Assembly: GCA_041487215.1 (NCBI GenBank) | Contig: JBGPMX010000001.1 | Span: forward strand, 1-43,523 | Direction: 5' to 3' | Source of the DNA: Planctomycetia bacterium | GTDB taxonomy: Bacteria > Planctomycetota > Planctomycetia > JALXBF01 > JBGPMX01 | DNA: 43,523 bases | Shown: positions 22,268 through 28,829 of the stretch, piece after piece | Layout: each line of letters starts with the position of its first letter | Position numbering within the stretch: the stretch's first letter is position 1 | Program-made: the position numbers and the translations under genes | The notes under the pieces: model-generated | The model's database searches: none | What the model saw: the letters and a program-made list of their open reading frames with translations, nothing else | What the model was told of the DNA's origin: nothing

Positions 22268-23463
22268 CGGCGCTGCGGCAGTACCTGACCGATCTTCTAC
22301 GTGTCGGCTCCTTTGCCGGGCGTGACGGGAGAGGCATGGACGTGGACGTCGCCGACCTGGTGGCGATCGAGCAAGAGATGAACCGGGCCGTGGCAAACGG
22401 CGTCCGGGTGCCGGTCGTGTTTTGCACGCCCGACCATCCCGAAGAGCTCAACGAGAGCACGCCGGATATCGCAAAGGACCCGCGCTACGCGGGCGACGTG
22501 CAGGGCTGGTACGTGCAGGGAGACTGGCTCCGCTCGGTGATTGAGTCCGGCAGCAAAGAACTGCCGCGCAACATCGGCGCCTCGGTATGGATCGAGCCCC
22601 AGCACGTCGTGGATGGCGAAACGTATGCGCCGTTCGTGCGGCACGTGGGCCTGTTGACGGACCCGGCCGTCACCGGACAGCGCGGCATGGTGCAGCTACG
22701 TCGAGCGACGAGCGGCGAACAGCAACAACCCGAAGCCACAGAGGGCGTGATCGTCCTACGAAAGGAGCATGCGATGAGTCTGTTTAAGAACAAGAGCGGC
22801 GCGCAACTGGCCGGCAAGACGCCGCCGCCGGCGGCAGACGCGGGGAGCGGCGTGACCGAGGAGGATCTGCTCAAGCGGCTCAAAGAGTCGTTGAAGCTGG
22901 CGCCCGAGGCGACGCTCCTGGACGTCCTGCTCGCCGTCGCTGCCGCCGGCATCGGGTCGCCCGAGCTCGAGGCCGAGGCCCAACAGCTCAACAGCGTCGC
23001 CGGCGTTCCTTCGACGACCATGGCGATGATGCGCCAAGAGACCGAGCCGGCGGAGACCGAGGCAGAGAAGGCCATCAAGCTGCGCGTGGCGGCGTCTGAA
23101 GATCGCTTGCGCGACATGGACCGGCAGGCGTACGAGAGAGAGCTCGACCTGCTCGCTGCCCCCACCGAGGGCCGCATAACGCCGGCCGTGCGCGACCGGG
23201 CGAAGTCGCTGTTTGCCAGCGCCCACGGCATCCGGCTCCGGGCGGGCGACAAGGGCGCGGAGCTGCGCGGCGATGACGTGATTCTGTCGCTCCTACGCGA
23301 GCTGCCGAAGCACCACGTGGCCGACGACAACACGGTCAAGCTTCGCGCCGTTCATGGGCTGCCTGCGACGTCCGAGTCGCTCACGGTCGAGCAGGTCAAG
23401 GCGGAGCAGGACAAGACTCGCAACGCGCACCCCGCTCTGCGTCCGGCGGCCGCGGCCAACTAG
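22264..23463 (+). CDS. Mu gpI-like head protease/scaffold protein
   Basis: It sits after the Mu F-like gene and before the capsid genes. The N-terminal part, ...VVFCTPDHPEE...GWYVQGDWLRSVIE...ASVWIEP, resembles the Mu-like prophage I protein family. The C-terminal half is Ala/Glu-rich, helical and scaffold-like. Confidence 0.6.
   Translation: MTALRQYLTDLLRVGSFAGRDGRGMDVDVADLVAIEQEMNRAVANGVRVPVVFCTPDHPEELNESTPDIAKDPRYAGDVQGWYVQGDWLRSVIESGSKELPRNIGASVWIEPQHVVDGETYAPFVRHVGLLTDPAVTGQRGMVQLRRATSGEQQQPEATEGVIVLRKEHAMSLFKNKSGAQLAGKTPPPAADAGSGVTEEDLLKRLKESLKLAPEATLLDVLLAVAAAGIGSPELEAEAQQLNSVAGVPSTTMAMMRQETEPAETEAEKAIKLRVAASEDRLRDMDRQAYERELDLLAAPTEGRITPAVRDRAKSLFASAHGIRLRAGDKGAELRGDDVILSLLRELPKHHVADDNTVKLRAVHGLPATSESLTVEQVKAEQDKTRNAHPALRPAAAAN
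22774..23463 (+). CDS. Possible nested in-frame scaffold protein (Mu Z-like internal start)
   Basis: An in-frame ATG at 22774 lies 6 nt after AAAGGAG (22761-22767), at the boundary between the N-terminal domain and the helical C-terminal half. Confidence 0.35.
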   Translation: MSLFKNKSGAQLAGKTPPPAADAGSGVTEEDLLKRLKESLKLAPEATLLDVLLAVAAAGIGSPELEAEAQQLNSVAGVPSTTMAMMRQETEPAETEAEKAIKLRVAASEDRLRDMDRQAYERELDLLAAPTEGRITPAVRDRAKSLFASAHGIRLRAGDKGAELRGDDVILSLLRELPKHHVADDNTVKLRAVHGLPATSESLTVEQVKAEQDKTRNAHPALRPAAAAN

Positions 23464-23466
23464 ACA

Positions 23467-23514
23467 TGTAGGCGGGTTTCTCCGAAACCCGCTGCGGATC
23501 TCGGAGAGACCCGC
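23467..23514 (+). repeat. Intercistronic element: TGTAGGCGG plus a 21-nt hairpin unit, followed by an inverted second unit
   Basis: GCGGGTTTCTCCGAAACCCGC at 23472-23492 is a 9-bp stem hairpin. The reverse complement of 23494-23514 is GCGGGTCTCTCCGAGATCCGC. A third copy is at 28042-28068. Confidence 0.7.
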
Positions 23515-23549
23515 CTGCGGATCTTCGAAAACGAAAGGGAGTGTTTCGT

Positions 23550-24317
23550 ATGGGAAAGTCTCCAGGAGCCACAGCGACAAAGACTACGGTCCAGCAGAAG
23601 TTCCTGCTCTCGGACCCCGAGATCGCCCCGCAGATGGCCGCTCGCATCAAATCGACCGCCGTCGATGCGGGTAACAGCCCGGCGACGACGCTGCGCCCCG
23701 GCCTGCTGTTGGGCCAGCTCGCGGCGACCACCGACTTCCAACAGTACAGCGCGGTGGCCGTCGACGGCACGCAGGAGCCGGTCGGCTTCCTGCTCGGCGG
23801 CGTGGCCATGCTCGACGAATTCGGCGTGGCGCAGACTCAGGGCGGTACGCTCGTCATGGGCGGCATCATCGATCCGGCGAACGTGTTTGGGCTCGATGAC
23901 GAGGCGCGGCTCAAGCTGTGCAGTAGGTTCCTGTTCTCCGACGAGTGGAACGGGGTCCCCGGCCCGAACGCCCGGCCCATCTCGGTCAAGGTTGGTAACT
24001 ACGTGGTCGTCGCGGCCGATCGCGGCAAGCTCTTCTCCACGCGTGGCACTGTCGGCGCAGTGCAGTTCACCTTGCCCGCCCTGGCCGCCGTGGGACCCAA
24101 CTTCAATGTCGCGTTCCAAAACGATGCCGATCAGAGCATGACGGTCATCCGCGCGGGCGCCGACACGATCGTCGCGTTCAATAACCTGGTGGCGGTCAGC
24201 CTCGCGTTCAGCACGGCCGGCAACAAGATCGGGGCAAGGGTGGAACTGCGGCCCAACGACGACAAGAGCAAGTGGGTCGCCACGCACGTGGGAATCCACA
24301 CGCTCACGGTTACCTAG
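23550..24317 (+). CDS. Head decoration protein (lambda gpD-like N-terminal part plus a second beta-rich domain)
   Basis: The ATG at 23550 follows AAAGGGAG. PGLLLGQLAATTDFQQYSAVAVDGTQEPVGFLLGGVAM...GGTLVMGGIIDPANVFGLDDEAR resembles decoration-protein family patterns. It lies immediately upstream of the major capsid gene, as in lambda D-E. Confidence 0.55.
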   Translation: MGKSPGATATKTTVQQKFLLSDPEIAPQMAARIKSTAVDAGNSPATTLRPGLLLGQLAATTDFQQYSAVAVDGTQEPVGFLLGGVAMLDEFGVAQTQGGTLVMGGIIDPANVFGLDDEARLKLCSRFLFSDEWNGVPGPNARPISVKVGNYVVVAADRGKLFSTRGTVGAVQFTLPALAAVGPNFNVAFQNDADQSMTVIRAGADTIVAFNNLVAVSLAFSTAGNKIGARVELRPNDDKSKWVATHVGIHTLTVT

Positions 24318-24318
24318 C

Positions 24319-24402
24319 CTTAGCCCCCGCCTTTGGCGGGGGGAAATCCCCGGCCTTCGGCCGGGGCTAGCAGAGAGGGTTGTGAGGTGGGCGCGGCCCA
24401 CC
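24319..24402 (+). terminator. Cluster of three GC-rich hairpins after the decoration gene; the first is a 26-bp element repeated after the capsid gene
   Basis: CCCCCGCC/GGCGGGGG is at 24324-24342. CCCCGGCC-TTC-GGCCGGGG is at 24348-24366. GGTGGGC-GCG-GCCCACC is at 24386-24402, followed by GGTTTC. Confidence 0.5.
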
Positions 24403-24460
24403 GGTTTCGAACGCATCGGGCGAGTGCCCACAAGCGCCCACAAGGGAGGAATTCAAAGCC

Positions 24461-25576
24461 ATGGCAGGTGAACTGGTCCTCAACCAGGCGTTCGCGTACG
24501 AGGTGATCGACGGCCTCACGCGCACGCTCAAGACCAACGAAACGGTCCTTCAGGACCTGTACGGCGTGCAGGATGGCGGTCCACACCAAAGCGCGCCGAT
24601 CATCGGCAAGAGCGCGAAAGTGGACGTCTTCGACAACGCGCGACAGGTCGCCCAGGTCGTGCCGGCCGTGCAGGATTACCCACGCGGATCCGCCTCACCG
24701 CTCGGCAAGTTCGATGTGACGTGCTGCTCCATGGCCGAGCAGTGGCTCTACGAGGGCGAAGATCTGGACAAGCTGCGCGAAATCGGCGGGCCGTCGAGCG
24801 TGCTCGACCAGGTGGGACGTGCCTACCTGGGCGAGCAACTGATCGAAGGGCGGAAGAAGCTCGATCGTACGCGCGAAGCGATTCTGGCCGGCGTGTTGGG
24901 CAACCGGCTCTTCCTGAAGACGACCGGCAATTCGCAAAAGGTCGAATTCACGAATGCCGGCGGTGGCCTGCAGGTGGACATGGGGGTGCCGGCCACGCAC
25001 CTCAACCAGCTCAACGCCAATATCGCGGCCACCTGGGCCAACGCGGCATCGACGATCGTCGTCGATAAGGACAACATCTTTAAGTTCGCGTCGGGCGAGA
25101 GTGGCTTCATCCCCACCTGGTGGCTCTGGAACTCGGTCACCTGGGGGGGATCGATCTACGGCAACACGCAGGTCAAAAACCTGGCTGGCACCAGCAACCA
25201 GCTCTGGACCGAGTACAAGCTCGACGAGAACACGGGGCTACGCCGCTTCGTGCTTGCCGCGATGCCCGACGTTGTGCACTGGGTCTACGACGGCCTTGTG
25301 GACCTGGACGGCGCGGCGGGGTCAAAGCTGATCCCGGACAACATGGTGATCATGACGCCGCCGCCGAACAGCGACTGGATACGCGGCCTGACCGGCTCGG
25401 CACTGTACGGCCCGCTACCGGGCGAGCTCGAGCCGCGCCGTGCGTTCGGCAAGCTCCAGTATTTCGATTGGGAAGACAACAAGACGGAGACGGTGCTGGA
25501 GCAGAACATGAACGACGTGTGGATCGCCTATCTGCGGGTGAAGAAGGCGATCTTCGCGGCCACGGTCATCTTCTAG
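24461..25576 (+). CDS. Major capsid protein (lambda gpE-like family by context and weak motifs)
   Basis: It is 371 aa, follows the decoration gene and is preceded by AAGGGAGG. Segments such as KLIPDNMVIMTPP echo gpE (FLPDNTMVLG). It is flanked on both sides by hairpins, consistent with high expression. Confidence 0.75.
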   Translation: MAGELVLNQAFAYEVIDGLTRTLKTNETVLQDLYGVQDGGPHQSAPIIGKSAKVDVFDNARQVAQVVPAVQDYPRGSASPLGKFDVTCCSMAEQWLYEGEDLDKLREIGGPSSVLDQVGRAYLGEQLIEGRKKLDRTREAILAGVLGNRLFLKTTGNSQKVEFTNAGGGLQVDMGVPATHLNQLNANIAATWANAASTIVVDKDNIFKFASGESGFIPTWWLWNSVTWGGSIYGNTQVKNLAGTSNQLWTEYKLDENTGLRRFVLAAMPDVVHWVYDGLVDLDGAAGSKLIPDNMVIMTPPPNSDWIRGLTGSALYGPLPGELEPRRAFGKLQYFDWEDNKTETVLEQNMNDVWIAYLRVKKAIFAATVIF

Positions 25577-25578
25577 TG

Positions 25579-25604
25579 CTTAGCCCCCGCCTTTGGCGGG
25601 GGGA
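25579..25604 (+). terminator. Second copy of the 26-bp hairpin element CTTAGCCCCCGCCTTTGGCGGGGGGA
   Basis: Identical to 24319-24344. It starts 3 nt after the capsid stop and ends 5 nt before the next ORF start. Confidence 0.6.
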
Positions 25605-25609
25605 TAACG

Positions 25610-26353
25610 GTGGAATCTCTCGAATCGATCATCGCTGGCGGCGAGGGCCATGCCTCGGCTCGCGTGCATGGGGCGGCCGAGTCGCCGAGCCAAACGGCTC
25701 GGCGGCTCGCCGCCGACGGCGTGGTGCTCGATTGCGAGACCACGGGGTTCGACGCGAAGGCCCGGATCTGGAGCGTAGCCCTGATCGACCTGCGCGAGGC
25801 CACGTTCCCGGAGCTGGCCGTGTCTCCGCACGCCACGACGGGGCACCCCGGCGTATGCGTGGTCAGCTGCAACCCGGGGCTGCTGGTCCCCAACGGCGAG
25901 GACGAGGGGCAGTTCACCTGGAACCCGCGAGCATACGACATGGCGTGCCAGGCGCTCGGCGGGGCTGAGCCCGTCGAATACCTGAGTCAGTTCCCGGCGT
26001 TTGCCGAGGTGGCCGATCAGCTGGTGAACTGTCTGGTGGACCGGGACGTGTGCGGGTGGAACATCGACACGTTCGATTCGCGCGTCATCACGCGCGAGTG
26101 CGCACGCGTGGCGTTCGCCAAGTACAGCCAGCGGCTCCAGGTCATCCGCTGGTGGGACCTGATGCTGCTCTACGTCGGCTGGCGCCGCGAACTCGGCCGA
26201 GAGCTGGTAGGAGATGCGGGCGCGAAGCTGGCTCGCTTCTCGCTGGCGAATGCGTGTGCGGACGAGGGTATCCCGGCGGAGACGACGCACCTCGCGTTGA
26301 GCGGTGCCGTGTGTGCCGCGCAGCTGCTGCGTCGCATGGGAGGCATCGCGTGA
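25610..26353 (+). CDS. DnaQ-like DEDD 3-prime-5-prime exonuclease fold protein with a degenerate motif III
   Basis: Exo I is VVLDCETTGFD. Exo II is VCGWNIDTFDSRVI. Exo III is THLALSGAVCAAQLL, where His is present but the expected Asp five residues later is Gly. The start codon is uncertain (GTG at 25610, no clear SD). Confidence 0.7.
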   Translation: MESLESIIAGGEGHASARVHGAAESPSQTARRLAADGVVLDCETTGFDAKARIWSVALIDLREATFPELAVSPHATTGHPGVCVVSCNPGLLVPNGEDEGQFTWNPRAYDMACQALGGAEPVEYLSQFPAFAEVADQLVNCLVDRDVCGWNIDTFDSRVITRECARVAFAKYSQRLQVIRWWDLMLLYVGWRRELGRELVGDAGAKLARFSLANACADEGIPAETTHLALSGAVCAAQLLRRMGGIA

Positions 26354-27753
26354 ACATTCTCCCACTCGCAATGGCGCTGTGCCCGCTCGGGAACCTGCCG
26401 GCGGTCGCTCAGGGTCCGCCACTCCCCAACCTCGTCGGCTGGTGGAAGCAGGACGCGGGGCTGTACACGGACGACGGTGGGGCTCCGAAGTTCGTCTCCG
26501 CAAACTCGCAGTACCTCTCTATTGCCAGTAACGCCTCCCTGCAAGATGGGAATATCGACTTTAGCTTTGCGGGATGGGTCTTTCTCGATTCCTTCTCGCC
26601 GTCGAGCGGCAGTCTGTGGGGTAAGACGGATGCCGGTAAAGCCGAGTTCTCGCTCGCAACAAACGCCGCGAACGTTCTGCGTTGGTTGTGCAGTGCGGAC
26701 GGCAGCGTGTTTACGCTGGTGCAAAGCGGTGTTCTCGCAGTTTCGCAGTGGTACTTCGTGCACTGCTACCACGACGCTGCACTTGATCAGATTGGCTTCC
26801 AGATAGATAACGGCACGCCAGTGACCGCGTCATTCAATTCGGCAGGGCCGTTCAACAACACGTCGTCTTTGACCGTGGGCCGAGAGTCAGGTGCACCGAC
26901 CTACACAAATGCGAGGGTGGCGTCGCTTGGATTCTGGAAACGCCGTCTCACAGCTGGCGAGGTAACCAACCTCTACAACGGCGGGCGCGGCAAGCAGTAC
27001 AGCGACCTCACCACTGGCGAGAAGGCCAACCTGATTTCGTGGTGGAACCTCAACGAGGCTAGCGGCACGCGGAACGACAGTCACGGCACGAACCACCTGA
27101 CGGACAACAACGGCGTGACTCGCGAGGCAGGCATCCCCTGCGTTGCCGCAGCGGCAGGCAATCGCATAGTGCGATGGGAAGATCAGAGCGGGCAGGCACG
27201 GCACCTGAAACAGGACACGCTGGCCAAGGAGCCGATCCTGACGGCGAGCCTGTTCAATGGGCTGCCCGGCGTGCGGTTTGACGGCGTCGATGACTTCTTG
27301 CTGCTTGTGTTTCCACAAGCGAAGCCGGCGCAAGTGTACGGGACCGTGATACCGCACACACCTAATGGGGTAAATCTCTGGGATGGCGGGGCTGGGAACG
27401 CGATGACTGTAATCTGGAATTCGTCGAACCAGCTGCAGTTAAGCGGCGGCACCGTGATTACGGATGGCACTCTTGCAAGTGGGACGAAGGGGCTTGTCAC
27501 TAGCATTTTCACCGGTGGCTCTGACTCACAGATTCGTCTGAACAATGGAACGCCTGTCGCCGGAAACGCTGGCTCAGGATTTGCGCAGGGTATCGTCGGC
27601 ACGTGTCTAGGGTCACGCGCGACGGGAACTATAGGCTGGGCGACCGTTGATTGCGCAGAGGTTCTGCTCTACGCCCCAACCCCGAACGCGATCGGCGGTG
27701 CCGACGACCTGGCGGTGCTCGGCTACCTCAACGGACGGTACGCGGTGTATTGA
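26350..27753 (+). CDS. Secreted protein with two LamG/ConA-like (Laminin_G_3-type) jelly-roll domains
   Basis: The GTG at 26350 overlaps the upstream stop (GTGA). The signal-like N-terminus is VNILPLAMALCPLGNLPAVAQG. LVGWWKQDAG...SQYLSIASNASLQDGNIDFSFAGWVFLDS...WYFVHCYHD...ASLGFWKRRLTAGEVTNLYNGG is typical of LamG_3 domains, and the second half repeats the theme (FDGVDDFLLL...). Hand counts of a few lines give lower G+C than the neighbours. Confidence 0.65.
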   Translation: MNILPLAMALCPLGNLPAVAQGPPLPNLVGWWKQDAGLYTDDGGAPKFVSANSQYLSIASNASLQDGNIDFSFAGWVFLDSFSPSSGSLWGKTDAGKAEFSLATNAANVLRWLCSADGSVFTLVQSGVLAVSQWYFVHCYHDAALDQIGFQIDNGTPVTASFNSAGPFNNTSSLTVGRESGAPTYTNARVASLGFWKRRLTAGEVTNLYNGGRGKQYSDLTTGEKANLISWWNLNEASGTRNDSHGTNHLTDNNGVTREAGIPCVAAAAGNRIVRWEDQSGQARHLKQDTLAKEPILTASLFNGLPGVRFDGVDDFLLLVFPQAKPAQVYGTVIPHTPNGVNLWDGGAGNAMTVIWNSSNQLQLSGGTVITDGTLASGTKGLVTSIFTGGSDSQIRLNNGTPVAGNAGSGFAQGIVGTCLGSRATGTIGWATVDCAEVLLYAPTPNAIGGADDLAVLGYLNGRYAVY

Positions 27754-27796
27754 CAAGCATCGGAGACTAGCGTCCCGCGCTAGGAAAGGAGCGTGC

Positions 27797-28039
27797 ATGT
27801 TGACAGGAGATGAAATCACTAAGGCAGTGAACGATGCCGGCTACACGTCCGTGGAGGAGCTCACTCGCTCGCTCAAACTGGCGAAGCTCGTCGTCGAGAA
27901 ACAGGATCTGGCGTTCCGCGTCGAGGGCAAGCGCGCCGCGCGCGACGCCGCCAGCCAGGCGACCGAGGCGGAGATCCAGTCGCTACAGGCGGACATCGCC
28001 GCGAAGGACGCGGCGATCATCGGCCTCGTGCAGGCGTAG
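27797..28039 (+). CDS. Hypothetical coiled-coil protein (80 aa)
   Basis: The ATG at 27797 follows GGAAAGGAG. It lies inside track ORF 27647..28039. Confidence 0.5.
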   Translation: MLTGDEITKAVNDAGYTSVEELTRSLKLAKLVVEKQDLAFRVEGKRAARDAASQATEAEIQSLQADIAAKDAAIIGLVQA

Positions 28040-28041
28040 CG

Positions 28042-28090
28042 TGTAGGCGGTGTCTCTCCGAGACCCGCACCAGCGTTTCGGAAAAACGCT
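28042..28090 (+). repeat. Third copy of the TGTAGGCGG hairpin element plus a second hairpin
   Basis: TGTAGGCGGTGTCTCTCCGAGACCCGC is at 28042-28068. AGCGTTT-CGGAA-AAACGCT is at 28072-28090. The element starts 3 nt after the stop at 28039. Confidence 0.65.
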
Positions 28091-28110
28091 GCTACTAGGA
28101 ACCGACAAAC

Positions 28111-28641
28111 GTGATCGAACAGGTTGGAAACAAGCTGATCATCGCGGTGCCCTTCAAGGCATCGAAGATCAACAATACCGGGATCACGGTCACTGTGGAC
28201 GTCGTGCGCATCAATCCGGACGGCACGCAGAGCACGCTGGTAACAGGCGGCAGTGCCAGCGAGGTGACCGGCAAGGGCGTCTACTTCTATGTTCTCTCCG
28301 CCGCGAGCGTGACGACCGAGGGCTTCTACTTGGCGATCTTCCATACGGCCGATGCAACGGTGGATTACAAAGACGTGGAAGCCGCCTGGACGGTTGGCGT
28401 GGCGGGGGTCGAGAACCTGGTCCCCGACACGCAGATCGCCGACACAGTGTTGAAGCGGAGTGCGTCGTCCGTCGAGGGGGCGGCAGCCGAACACTCGCTG
28501 TGCTCGATCATCCTGGCCGGATTGGAGTCCTCGATCGACACGAACGGCAACTGGAACATTCGCAAGACGGATGGAACACCGTACCTCACGAAACAGGTAA
28601 CACTGGACCAGTCGGCCGCCCCGATCACGGGCGTGACGTGA
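28111..28641 (+). CDS. Hypothetical virion-module protein (176 aa)
   Basis: Track ORF with a GTG start. The composition is beta-rich. No family recognised. Confidence 0.5.
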   Translation: MIEQVGNKLIIAVPFKASKINNTGITVTVDVVRINPDGTQSTLVTGGSASEVTGKGVYFYVLSAASVTTEGFYLAIFHTADATVDYKDVEAAWTVGVAGVENLVPDTQIADTVLKRSASSVEGAAAEHSLCSIILAGLESSIDTNGNWNIRKTDGTPYLTKQVTLDQSAAPITGVT

Positions 28642-28642
28642 C

Positions 28643-28825
28643 ATGGGCGGATTTCGGGATCTCCTGGGCCTCGTGCTGCGGTGGTGGTCTGCGCCGTGCA
28701 CGCCCGGGGACATTGAGGCGGAGCGGATCGTCGTAGTGCCGAGGCTGCAGTCGCTCGTCGCCGTCGGTGAATCGGCGATCGAGCGGCGCAGGAAGATCGA
28801 CGCGGGAATCGAACAGGAGCCTTGA
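28643..28825 (+). CDS. Hypothetical small protein (60 aa)
   Basis: Track ORF that fills the gap between neighbouring genes. Confidence 0.35.
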   Translation: MGGFRDLLGLVLRWWSAPCTPGDIEAERIVVVPRLQSLVAVGESAIERRRKIDAGIEQEP

Positions 28826-28829
28826 AACC

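Noticed and set aside
26350-27753. Diversity-generating retroelement target (the lectin-fold protein as a variable protein)
   Set aside because: No reverse transcriptase gene, no template/variable repeat pair and no Avd-like gene are visible in the window.
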